Positions 49,220 to 57,969 of a DNA stretch of 64,000 bases are shown here, one piece after another (positions within the stretch are counted from its first letter, which is position 1; each line of letters opens with the position of its first letter). The DNA is from a virus. Location: IMG/VR virus record IMGVR_UViG_3300047372_000605, positions 1 to 64,000 of that record. One strand, written 5' to 3'. Under the pieces are notes generated by a model that searched no databases, had not been told where the DNA came from, and saw only the letters and a list, made by a program, of their open reading frames with translations. The translations under genes were made by a program, and so were the position numbers.

Positions 49220-49748
49220 GCAAACTTAGGATGCACAAACAGCTCACCAAAATGGGAGCTTAGTAATTTAATAACAGGGTAGTTTAAACACCCACAAAAC
49301 TAAATGATATGAGTACATTATTTCACGAACGAACACCGTTCGACATTTTATTCAAAAACTTCTTTCAAGCAGAAGGAAAATTTCAACCAACAACATTCGA
49401 AAACAAACAACCTCACCCACTAGATATATTCTATAATGATGATGGTCTCAATTTTGAGATTGCCTGTACAGGTTTAACTAAAAAAGATATACAATTAAAA
49501 ATTGATGGAGATCAATTAAATATATCTTATGATAAACCATCAGAAGAAGAATCATATGAGGGTTATATCTATAAAGGACTAGCTAAAAGGTCTTTTAAAC
49601 TAGGATATAAAATAGCAGCTAAATTTGATTTATCAAAAATAGAAGCTAAAATGGAAAATGGTTTACTCCATTTATTCATCCCAACAGCCGCAGATAAAAA
49701 ATCAAAAATAGTAACAATAAAATAAAAAAAACTGCATCCTAGGTTTGC
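49220..49748. repeat. Long-range inverted repeat enclosing hsp20
   Basis: GCAAACTTAGGATGCA (49220-49235) / TGCATCCTAGGTTTGC (49733-49748): 15 Watson-Crick pairs plus 1 G:U. Confidence 0.85.
49309..49725 (+). CDS. Small heat-shock protein Hsp20
   Basis: P.DI, EIA..G..K.DI, Y.GLA.RSF, A.MENGLL.L.IP. Confidence 0.92.
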   Translation: MSTLFHERTPFDILFKNFFQAEGKFQPTTFENKQPHPLDIFYNDDGLNFEIACTGLTKKDIQLKIDGDQLNISYDKPSEEESYEGYIYKGLAKRSFKLGYKIAAKFDLSKIEAKMENGLLHLFIPTAADKKSKIVTIK

Positions 49749-49772
49749 TTATTAAACTATTTTTATTATATT
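49744..49772 (+). promoter_or_regulatory. Bacteroidota sigma-A-like promoter upstream of groES
   Basis: TTTG-N19-TATATT. Confidence 0.5.
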
Positions 49773-49800
49773 ACCCACAAACATTAAATTAAATTAAGTT

Positions 49801-50166
49801 ATGGAATTAGAAGCATTATTCGATGCCGTTATTGTTAAACCTCAAGAAGAGGAAGAGACACAATATGGATCAATAGTAGTACCCGATTTAGGAAAAGACA
49901 GAAACGAACATGGAGAAGTAGTTGCTGTGGGTCCTGGAAGACAAGTAGCAGGAATTGGCTTTGTAGAAACTAATATTAAAGTTGGAGATAAAGTAATTCT
50001 ACCAACAATAGGTTTTACTAAACTTGAACATAAAGGAGATGAATATTATATCGGTTCTGAAAATCAAATATTAGCAAGAATAAATAATACAACATCAGTA
50101 GAGGATGTTTTAGCAGAAACAGAAGTATCAGAGGAAGATTTTGATGCTCTTAAATCAATAGATTAA
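49801..50166 (+). CDS. groES: Co-chaperonin GroES
   Basis: L.D.VIV, G.IVVPD, GEVVAVGPG, VGDKV; extra acidic C-terminal tail. Confidence 0.92.
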   Translation: MELEALFDAVIVKPQEEEETQYGSIVVPDLGKDRNEHGEVVAVGPGRQVAGIGFVETNIKVGDKVILPTIGFTKLEHKGDEYYIGSENQILARINNTTSVEDVLAETEVSEEDFDALKSID

Positions 50167-50167
50167 G

Positions 50168-51775
50168 ATGAGTAAAATTATAGAATTTGGCCCTGAAGCC
50201 AGAAAAAAACTAGTAAAAGGAATAGACCAAATAGCAGATGCTGTAGTATCTACATTAGGTCCAAATGGTAGGAATGTTGTTATTTCTAAACCAGGCCAAA
50301 CACCACAATCAACAAAAGATGGTGTAACAGTAGCAAAAAATATTTCATTAGAAGATCCAACTGAAGAGTTAGGAGTTCAAATGCTTAAACAAGCAGCTAT
50401 TAAAACCGCAGATAAAGCAGGAGATGGTACAACTACTTCTACTCTATTAGCTAGAGAAATGGTTAAAGCAGGTTTATCAGCTTTAGATAGTGGAGCAAAT
50501 GCTGTTGATATTAAAAGAGGAATTGATAAAGCTGTAGAACAGGTAATTCACCATTTAACCCCATTTCAAGAAGATGTCTCATCTCAAGAACAATTAGAGC
50601 AAGTAGCTACTATTTCAGCTAATAACGATGAAACTATAGGTAAATTAATTGCTACTGCAATGGAAAAAGTAGGTAGAGAAGGGGTAGTACATATTGAAGA
50701 ATCTAAAACAGGTGAAACTTATCTTGAAACCGTAGAGGGTATGCAATTTGATAGAGGTTATAAATCTCCTTATTTTGTTACTGATAATAATACTATGTCT
50801 ACTACTTTGAATGATTGTTATGTTTTAATAGCAGATCATACTTTTACCCAAGTAAAAGAATTATTACCGATATTAGAAAGTGTATCAAATACAAATAAAT
50901 CCCTTTTAATCATTGCCAAAGACATAGACAATGAAGCATTAGCTACCCTTATTGTAAATAAAATGAGAGGTTCATTAAAAGTATGTGCTGTTAAAGCTCC
51001 TGAATTTGGAGATAGACAAAAATTAGTTCTAGATGACATAGCTGTTCTAACTGGAGGTCAAGTATTCAGTAAAGAAAAAGGTATGAAACTAGAAAAGTTT
51101 AGTTGGGAATGGTTTGGTGAAGCTAGAGTATCTACTATTACTAAAGAAAAAACTACAATTGTAGATGGTAAAGGTTCAGAAGAAGCAATTACTGCTAGAG
51201 TAGAAGAATTATCTCAACAAATAGAAAGAGCTGATACACCATTTGCAATGGAAAAGTTACAAGATAGAATGTCTAAATTCGTAGGTGGAGTAGCAATTGT
51301 TCATGTAGGTGGAAATACTGAAACTGAGATGAATGAAAGAAAAGATAGAGTAGATGATGCCCTTAATGCCACAAAAGCAGCTATTGAAGAAGGTATTCTA
51401 CCAGGAGGAGGAGTTGCAATAGCAAGAGCTACACAGTGGGTAGAATATAATGGTAATGTAGATTTTAACATTGGAGTAGATATTGTTAAAATAGCATGTC
51501 AAAAACCATATGAACAAATCTTAAAAAATGCTGGAATAAATGAAATTCCTGAATTGGCAGAAGATGGAGAGTGGGAAGGATTTGATATTAGACAAAATAA
51601 AATGGTAGACTTTAAAGAAGCGGGTATTATAGATCCATTTAAGGTTACTAGAAGTGCATTACAAAATGCTGCATCAATAGCTGGAACTATTCTGTTAACA
51701 GAAGCCACAGTTGTTGATAAACCATCAGAAAATACAACACCAGAAATAGATCCATCCATGATGGGTATGATGTAA
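50168..51775 (+). CDS. groEL: Chaperonin GroEL
   Basis: TLGPNGRNV, TKDGVTVAK, AGDGTTT, EGMQFDRGY.SPYF, KAPEFGD, C-terminal MMGMM. Confidence 0.97.
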   Translation: MSKIIEFGPEARKKLVKGIDQIADAVVSTLGPNGRNVVISKPGQTPQSTKDGVTVAKNISLEDPTEELGVQMLKQAAIKTADKAGDGTTTSTLLAREMVKAGLSALDSGANAVDIKRGIDKAVEQVIHHLTPFQEDVSSQEQLEQVATISANNDETIGKLIATAMEKVGREGVVHIEESKTGETYLETVEGMQFDRGYKSPYFVTDNNTMSTTLNDCYVLIADHTFTQVKELLPILESVSNTNKSLLIIAKDIDNEALATLIVNKMRGSLKVCAVKAPEFGDRQKLVLDDIAVLTGGQVFSKEKGMKLEKFSWEWFGEARVSTITKEKTTIVDGKGSEEAITARVEELSQQIERADTPFAMEKLQDRMSKFVGGVAIVHVGGNTETEMNERKDRVDDALNATKAAIEEGILPGGGVAIARATQWVEYNGNVDFNIGVDIVKIACQKPYEQILKNAGINEIPELAEDGEWEGFDIRQNKMVDFKEAGIIDPFKVTRSALQNAASIAGTILLTEATVVDKPSENTTPEIDPSMMGMM

Positions 51776-51776
51776 T

Positions 51777-52040
51777 ATGAAAACAGAAGTTATAGAAAGA
51801 AATGAGTTAATAGCTACTAGAGTTCCACCTGGAGACAGATGGAATCTAGTAGATGACTCAAAAAAAGTTATTCACAAAAGTTTAACAGATGCTTTGGAAG
51901 CCTACCTAGGAGTTACTAACTTTAAGGGTGAGTATAGATTAGATCCTATTGGGAGTAAATTATATGCTATTAAAACTTCTGAAGAAGAGGTTAAACCTGA
52001 ACCAATAAAGAAGTATAACATTTATGGAGATGAATATTAA
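51777..52040 (+). CDS. Hypothetical protein
   Basis: 87 aa directly after groEL. Confidence 0.65.
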   Translation: MKTEVIERNELIATRVPPGDRWNLVDDSKKVIHKSLTDALEAYLGVTNFKGEYRLDPIGSKLYAIKTSEEEVKPEPIKKYNIYGDEY

Positions 52041-52373
52041 AATTGATGAGTCCTAAATTACCTAAAAAACAACGCTTATGGAAAATTTAGATATAATTAT
52101 AGGAACCCTGATTGGATCAGGTTTAACTACTTTAGTGGCATTTTTTATTACTAGGGTTTCAAATCGATTCAAACAGATAAATCAAGATTTACATGATGTA
52201 AATCAAGAACAATCAGCTCAATTGAATGAGATGTACGAAAGTACTTCAAAAGAAATTGAGAATTTACATAGAGAACTTGATTCTCAAATTAATAAACTAG
52301 AATCTAGATTGGTAAAACAATTTAAAGATTATAATTACAATAAATAATTAACCAATTTAGGACTCTCAATTTT
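52039..52373. repeat. Long-range inverted repeat enclosing ORF 52078-52347
   Basis: AAAATTGA(T)GAGTCCTAAATT (52039-52059) / AATTTAGGACTCTCAATTTT (52354-52373): 20 bp with one bulged T. Confidence 0.85.
52078..52347 (+). CDS. Single-TM coiled-coil protein
   Basis: N-terminal hydrophobic helix followed by heptad repeats. Confidence 0.7.
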   Translation: MENLDIIIGTLIGSGLTTLVAFFITRVSNRFKQINQDLHDVNQEQSAQLNEMYESTSKEIENLHRELDSQINKLESRLVKQFKDYNYNK

Positions 52374-53297
52374 ATGAAAGAACATTCATTATTAGTAGAA
52401 AAATATAGATCAAAAGATTTAACAGAGTATGTAGGAAATGAACACATTAAAACACAAATACAAAAATATCTAGACCAAGATGATATTCAAAACTTTATAT
52501 TCTATGGTCCTGCTGGTACTGGAAAAACAACCCTTGCTAAACTTATTGTTAATAATCTGGAGTGTGACTACCTTTACATCAACGCTTCTGATGAACGAGG
52601 TATCGAAACTATTAGGGATAAAGTCACAAGTTTCTCAAGCACTATATCGTTTAAAAAGATTAAAGTTGTCATCCTTGATGAGGCGGATTTTCTCACCATC
52701 CAAGCACAAGCATCTCTAAGAAATACAATTGAAACGTTTTCAAGAACCACACGTTTCATCCTCACTTGTAATTTTATAGAGCGTATTATAGATCCGCTTC
52801 AATCAAGGTGTCAAACATTAAAAATAGTACCACCAAGCAAAAAAGAAGTAGCAAAACATATAAAAGGGATACTAGACAAAGAACAAACAAAGTTCAAAAT
52901 TGAAGCTCTTGTTAACATAGTTAATAAACATCATCCGGATATACGAAAAATGTTAAACACTATTCAGTTATCAACACAAAATAATGAATTAGTATTAGAT
53001 GAATCTATTTTAGTATCATCCAATTATATTAAACAAATTATAGAAGAACTAAAACAGAAAAAAACCGATTTTAGAAAACTAAGGCAAATAATAGCCGATT
53101 CTCAAGTACGTGATTTTGAAGAATTATATAGAGCATTATTTGATCATGCCTCCGAATATGCCATTGGTAGAGAAGGAAGTGTAGCCATAATTTTAAATGA
53201 GCATCAATATCATTCTAACTTTCGTATTGATAAGGAAGTCAATATAGCGAGTGCATTAGCCAAAATAATTGAAATAAAAAAACCTCAAGTAATATAA
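52374..53297 (+). CDS. Clamp loader ATPase subunit (gp44/RFC-like)
   Basis: VEKYR, GPAGTGKTT, INASDERGI, ILDEAD, SRC. Confidence 0.95.
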   Translation: MKEHSLLVEKYRSKDLTEYVGNEHIKTQIQKYLDQDDIQNFIFYGPAGTGKTTLAKLIVNNLECDYLYINASDERGIETIRDKVTSFSSTISFKKIKVVILDEADFLTIQAQASLRNTIETFSRTTRFILTCNFIERIIDPLQSRCQTLKIVPPSKKEVAKHIKGILDKEQTKFKIEALVNIVNKHHPDIRKMLNTIQLSTQNNELVLDESILVSSNYIKQIIEELKQKKTDFRKLRQIIADSQVRDFEELYRALFDHASEYAIGREGSVAIILNEHQYHSNFRIDKEVNIASALAKIIEIKKPQVI

Positions 53298-53840
53298 ATG
53301 GATTTTTATTATCAAATAGGTCCTGTTATAACAACTACACCATGGATAACCCCTCCTCCATTAGATAAAGTAAATGATTGGTGGAATGATTTTTCTAAAA
53401 ATAGTTTTGAAGACTATAATGTATGGATAGGAGGAAAATATGTTATTGATCCAGATAATACTAATGACGTAGATATAATACTAACAGGACCTGTCTATGA
53501 TTATATTAGATTATTTAACTTATTTAAAAATGCAACAGAATTAGGATTCAAAAACCAAATACTAATAGACATATGTCATTATGATAGTATAGATTTTTTT
53601 AAATATCCTAGGAATAAAGATTTTATAAGGTATCATTTAAGGACAAAATTAAGTGGGAAAGAAATTAAAAAAATAGATGGTAAAACTGTTTTAGAAAATG
53701 AATCTACAACATCACTATTAAACCACAATATTCCAAAGGAATTAGCAGTTAATTTAATTAAATTTCCTATGGAAAAACAAATAGAAGATAGTAGGATATA
53801 TGATCCTATATTATTAAATAGAAAAAAAATAAATAAATGA
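53298..53840 (+). CDS. Possible Pol-beta-superfamily nucleotidyltransferase
   Basis: WIGG-x10-DVDII and a later LIDI, matching hG[GS]x9-13DhDh...hD. Confidence 0.45.
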   Translation: MDFYYQIGPVITTTPWITPPPLDKVNDWWNDFSKNSFEDYNVWIGGKYVIDPDNTNDVDIILTGPVYDYIRLFNLFKNATELGFKNQILIDICHYDSIDFFKYPRNKDFIRYHLRTKLSGKEIKKIDGKTVLENESTTSLLNHNIPKELAVNLIKFPMEKQIEDSRIYDPILLNRKKINK

Positions 53841-54082
53841 AAAATCCACAACAACAAGGAATGAATATTGACTTTAAAAACACAACCTCAATTGAAGGAT
53901 TCGATGGAGGTTTATTATTTGGTCAAGCATTTGTATTAAGAAAAGTATCAAAATTCGTAGCAGGAACAGATGAAGATGCAATGCTTCCAATACCTGTATT
54001 TTATGATTTAGAGACTAAAAAAATAATAGCTGATTCTTTACCAAAAGAAATTAGAGAAGATTATAAAGATATTACGATATGA
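53837..54082 (+). CDS. Hypothetical protein
   Basis: 81 aa; LRKVSKF..GT..D...PIPVF. Confidence 0.65.
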   Translation: MKNPQQQGMNIDFKNTTSIEGFDGGLLFGQAFVLRKVSKFVAGTDEDAMLPIPVFYDLETKKIIADSLPKEIREDYKDITI

Positions 54083-54171
54083 TATATGTAGGAATTACAT
54101 TTGCGATAGGATTAATTTTAATAGGAATTTGGGTATACAAAGGTGAGCAAGAACGAAAAGGACAAGATTAA
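54079..54171 (+). CDS. 30-aa single-TM peptide (absent from the ORF track)
   Basis: MIYVGITFAIGLILIGIWVYKGEQERKGQD; ATGA overlap with the upstream stop. Confidence 0.5.
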   Translation: MIYVGITFAIGLILIGIWVYKGEQERKGQD

Positions 54172-54580
54172 AAATATTTTTGACTGGTTACAACATATAA
54201 CGTTGTATAAGACACCTGCTTCAGAATTCACGGATAACGACTGGGAAAAATTTAATTCATATATGGTGCATAGATTTGTTAGTATGCACGTATATTACGT
54301 TGAAATCGCAGATTATGCGCAAAGTATGTTACCAACTATGAAAAAACAAATATATAATTTTTATAAAGAAATGTTACCTAAAAAGAAAGTATGGTTACAA
54401 TATATAAAGTCAAAAACTGAAAACATTAACAAAGATTTAGTAGAAGACATAGCAAAATACTATGAAGTTGGAGCAGCAGATGCTCTTTCATATATTACAG
54501 TAATGACTAAAGAAGAAATACCCATTATATTACGTGAAATGGGTAAAGACGAAAAAGAAATTAAAAAATTACTAAAATGA
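54143..54580 (+). CDS. Clamp loader small subunit (gp62-like)
   Basis: IFDWL..I...K...FNSYMVHRFVSM...PKKK.W..YIK; near the gp44-like gene. Confidence 0.65.
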   Translation: MSKNEKDKIKNIFDWLQHITLYKTPASEFTDNDWEKFNSYMVHRFVSMHVYYVEIADYAQSMLPTMKKQIYNFYKEMLPKKKVWLQYIKSKTENINKDLVEDIAKYYEVGAADALSYITVMTKEEIPIILREMGKDEKEIKKLLK

Positions 54581-54729
54581 GCAGGTTAGAAGAATTACTT
54601 TATAGTGCTGAAGAACATGGCAAACGACAACAAATGTTTGAAGAAATTTTAAAAGTAAGAGATCAAAATCCTAAATTCACTTTAGAACAACAGTACGAAC
54701 AAGCATATCAAAATGTAATGAAAACATGA
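54577..54729 (+). CDS. Small hypothetical protein (50 aa, absent from the ORF track)
   Basis: MSRLEELLYSAEEHGKRQQMFEEILKVRDQNPKFTLEQQYEQAYQNVMKT; ATGA overlaps at both ends. Confidence 0.7.
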   Translation: MSRLEELLYSAEEHGKRQQMFEEILKVRDQNPKFTLEQQYEQAYQNVMKT

Positions 54730-54953
54730 AAAAAAGTAAAGTTATACAAGCTTTAACTGCACAGGCTAATGCAGATAAAGCAAAAGCCATGATGGCACTA
54801 GATTTATTAGAAAACCAGGCAGTAGGAATTGGTGATCACACAGTAAATGATTTTATGAAAGATGCTACAGAAGCATTAGAATTATTAACTGATGCAGATG
54901 ATAGATTAGAAACATTAAATAAATATTGGGGTGAACAACCTCTACCTTTTTAA
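54726..54953 (+). CDS. Hypothetical protein
   Basis: 75 aa; VGIGDH motif. Confidence 0.65.
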   Translation: MKKSKVIQALTAQANADKAKAMMALDLLENQAVGIGDHTVNDFMKDATEALELLTDADDRLETLNKYWGEQPLPF

Positions 54954-54954
54954 T

Positions 54955-55329
54955 ATGAATAAGGAAGAATTAATAAAAGAATTAGAAGAATCAGACCACA
55001 TAGTGGCTCATTTTGAAAAAGAATATCCTGAATTATCTCAGGAATTTAAAATAATCCAGGATGAAATGTATAGAATGTTTGCTGCTAAACATATGGATTA
55101 TGGTTTGCAAAACATTTCATTAGGAGGAGATTTAACTAAAGAAAACGATAAAAAATTTTCATTAACAGGTTTAGCTATTAGGTTAACAGATAAAATTTCA
55201 AGATTAAGAAATTTACTTACTAATGGTAGGAATTTTGTTAAAGGTGAAGGAATGGAAGACACGTTTATAGACATAGCTAATTATGGTATAATTGGTTTAC
55301 TAGTAGGACGTGACAAGTGGAAAAAATAA
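54955..55329 (+). CDS. Nucleotide-modification-associated domain protein (DUF1599/Nmad1-like)
   Basis: K..DYG..N, IRL.DKISRL.NL, DTF.DIANYGII; the ATG at 54955 is preferred over 54931. Confidence 0.7.
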   Translation: MNKEELIKELEESDHIVAHFEKEYPELSQEFKIIQDEMYRMFAAKHMDYGLQNISLGGDLTKENDKKFSLTGLAIRLTDKISRLRNLLTNGRNFVKGEGMEDTFIDIANYGIIGLLVGRDKWKK

Positions 55330-56277
55330 ATGGCTAAAACACCTGCAATAGTAAAAGAGATACAACTAGCTCCTAAAAGGGAATTAGATTATTCTTATCA
55401 AAAGAACATTTCATATTCACAATATACAATGTGGAAAAAATGTCCTAAACAATGGGCATTACAATATAGAGATGGTCACAAAGTATATAAACCAAGCATT
55501 CACACAGTATTTGGAAAAGCATTACATGAAGCATTTCAACATTATATTCAAACAATGTATGAAACAAGTGCAGCAGCAGCTGATAGGGAAGATATTAATG
55601 AAATGCTTAAAGACCAACTTAGAGCACACTATCAAGATGAATATAAGAAAAATAACAAACAACATTTTTCTAACCCAGGTGAATTAAGTGAATTTTATCA
55701 AGATGGTGTTGAAATATTAAATTACCTAAAAAAACATAGAGGTAAATATTTTTCTAAACGAGGTTGGCATTTAGTAGGAATAGAAACACCTATATTAATG
55801 CCTCCTGTAAAATATAACCCTAATATTTTATTCATGGGTTATTTAGACATTGTAATGTACAATGAAAAATTAAATAAATTTAAAATAATAGACATTAAAA
55901 CCTCTACTAATGGTTGGAAATTAGATTATGTTAAAAAAGACGAAGACAAACAATTCCAACTTATACTATACAAAAAATTCTTTGCAGAACAATTTGGAGT
56001 AGACGAAAAAGATATTGATATTGAGTTTTTTATTACAAGAAGGAAAGTATACGAAGAAGGAGATTTCCCACAGAAACGATTCCAAATGTATTCTCCCCCT
56101 TCAGGTAAGATAAAAATAAGTAGGGCAACTAAAGCAATAGAAGAATTTATGAGTGAATGTTTTATAAAAAATGAACACTCAACAAAAGAAATGTTACCTA
56201 ACCCAAGTAAATGGAACTGTACTTTCTGTGCTTTTAAAGAAGACAAAAAACTATGCGGTTTAGGTGCATTTTTATAA
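55330..56277 (+). CDS. PD-(D/E)XK exonuclease (Cas4/RecB-like, 4-Cys)
   Basis: ISYSQ...KKCP, G..LH, GYLD, IIDIKTS, QL..Y, CTFC...C. Confidence 0.85.
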   Translation: MAKTPAIVKEIQLAPKRELDYSYQKNISYSQYTMWKKCPKQWALQYRDGHKVYKPSIHTVFGKALHEAFQHYIQTMYETSAAAADREDINEMLKDQLRAHYQDEYKKNNKQHFSNPGELSEFYQDGVEILNYLKKHRGKYFSKRGWHLVGIETPILMPPVKYNPNILFMGYLDIVMYNEKLNKFKIIDIKTSTNGWKLDYVKKDEDKQFQLILYKKFFAEQFGVDEKDIDIEFFITRRKVYEEGDFPQKRFQMYSPPSGKIKISRATKAIEEFMSECFIKNEHSTKEMLPNPSKWNCTFCAFKEDKKLCGLGAFL

Positions 56278-56320
56278 AAATTAGTATATTTATATATAAA
56301 GTTTTAATAAATTAAAGATT

Positions 56321-56509
56321 ATGAATAATAAAAAAGAAAAAACACTAACCAGTGTTAAAATACAAAGTGATTTATTTCAAGATTTCAAAATAGAGTGCGT
56401 AAAACGTAAATTTTCCTTCCAGAAACTTGCCGACCGTGCTATTTATTTGTATCTTACAGATGAAGATTTTAGAAGAACGATTAGTAATCAAACCAATTTA
56501 GAATTATAA
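56321..56509 (+). CDS. Small ribbon-helix-helix-like DNA-binding protein
   Basis: LTSVKI...LF..FK.......SFQKL..RAI..YL pattern; first gene after TATTTATA at 56287. Confidence 0.55.
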   Translation: MNNKKEKTLTSVKIQSDLFQDFKIECVKRKFSFQKLADRAIYLYLTDEDFRRTISNQTNLEL

Positions 56510-56510
56510 A

Positions 56511-57968
56511 ATGAATAAAGATTATAAGTACCTTCCTAAAGACCAAAGGAAAAAAATACTACTAATATGCGATGATATTAGAGTACATTCAGGGGTAGCA
56601 ACTATAGCCCAACAAATTGTTAAAAAAACATGCCAACATTATAATTGGGTTCAAATTGCAGGGGCAATTAAACACCCTGATCAAGGTAAAAAATTATCAC
56701 TAGATAAAGAAATGGCAAAAGAGACAGGAGTAAAAGATCCAAGTATAATGTTATATCCAGTACATCAATATGGTGATAGCACTTTTCTTAGACAAATTAT
56801 CAACCACGAAAAACCAGATGCTATAATGATATTTACAGATCCTAGATATTTTGCTTGGTTATTTGCTATAGAAAATGAAATTAGAAAAAATATCCCTATT
56901 ATATACCTTAATATTTGGGATGATTATCCAGCTCCTTTATATAATAAAGAATTTTATGAGTCGTGTGATTTATTATTTGGAATTTCAAAACAAACAGTAA
57001 ATATAAATAAAATTGTTTTAGGAGATAAGGCAGCGGATAAAATTATAGAATACCTTCCACATGGTTTAGACCATACTGATTATAAACCTTTATCTGAGTA
57101 TAATGAAGAAGAAAGTAAGGGGTTAGAAAAAATGAAAAAGTATTTTTTTGGTAAAGATGAAGTAGATTTTTGTTTATTTTTTAATTCTAGAAATATTAGG
57201 AGAAAGCAAATTCCTGATACATTATGGGCTTTTAGAATGTTTTTAGATAATTTACCTAAAGAAAAAGCAGATAAATGTAGATTTTTATTACATACAGAGA
57301 TGGTATCTGAAGCAGGAACTGATTTAAGAGCTGTAGCTGAATTATTATTCGGAGATGGTAAATATCCTAAAGCTATTATTTTTGATACTAAAAGATGGGA
57401 AGTTAAAGACTTAAGATACTTATATAATATTTCAGATTGTCAAATTCTTTTAACATCAAATGAAGGATGGGGATTAACAATAACAGAGGGGATACTTTCA
57501 GGTAACCCTATTATAGCTAATACAACAGGAGGAATGCAAGATCAAATGAGATTTAAAGATGAAAAAGGAAAATGGTTTACACCATCACCAGAAGTACCTT
57601 CAAATAATACAGGCAAATATAAAAAACATGGTGAATGGGCATTTCCGGTTTATCCAACTTCTAGATCACTTCAAGGATCACCTGTTACACCTTATATTTG
57701 GGATGATAGATGTAAACCTGAAGATGCAGCTGATAGAATAAGAGAAGTATATGATTTAGGACCAGAAAAGAGAAAAGAAGCAGGTCTTAAAGGTAGAGAA
57801 TGGGCACTCAGTGATGAAGCTGGATTTACAGCTGAGGCACAAGGTAAAAAATTTATCGATGTTACTGATAAATTATTTAATACCTGGGAGTCAAGAGAAG
57901 CTTTTGAAGTAATAGATACTGATGAAGCTAATATTTTAAGAATTCAAACACATGATTTAGTATATTAA
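56511..57968 (+). CDS. Glycosyltransferase (GT-B, GT4-like)
   Basis: SGVA, PHG.D, RNIRRKQ, EGWGL...E....G.PII....GG. Confidence 0.85.
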   Translation: MNKDYKYLPKDQRKKILLICDDIRVHSGVATIAQQIVKKTCQHYNWVQIAGAIKHPDQGKKLSLDKEMAKETGVKDPSIMLYPVHQYGDSTFLRQIINHEKPDAIMIFTDPRYFAWLFAIENEIRKNIPIIYLNIWDDYPAPLYNKEFYESCDLLFGISKQTVNINKIVLGDKAADKIIEYLPHGLDHTDYKPLSEYNEEESKGLEKMKKYFFGKDEVDFCLFFNSRNIRRKQIPDTLWAFRMFLDNLPKEKADKCRFLLHTEMVSEAGTDLRAVAELLFGDGKYPKAIIFDTKRWEVKDLRYLYNISDCQILLTSNEGWGLTITEGILSGNPIIANTTGGMQDQMRFKDEKGKWFTPSPEVPSNNTGKYKKHGEWAFPVYPTSRSLQGSPVTPYIWDDRCKPEDAADRIREVYDLGPEKRKEAGLKGREWALSDEAGFTAEAQGKKFIDVTDKLFNTWESREAFEVIDTDEANILRIQTHDLVY

Positions 57969-57969
57969 T

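Noticed and set aside
49200-49800. CIRCE heat-shock operator
   Set aside because: TTAGCACTC-N9-GAGTGCTAA is absent; the inverted repeat here is unrelated.
55330-56277. Cas4-like nuclease as a CRISPR-Cas component
   Set aside because: No array or other cas genes; solo PD-(D/E)XK nucleases are common in phages.
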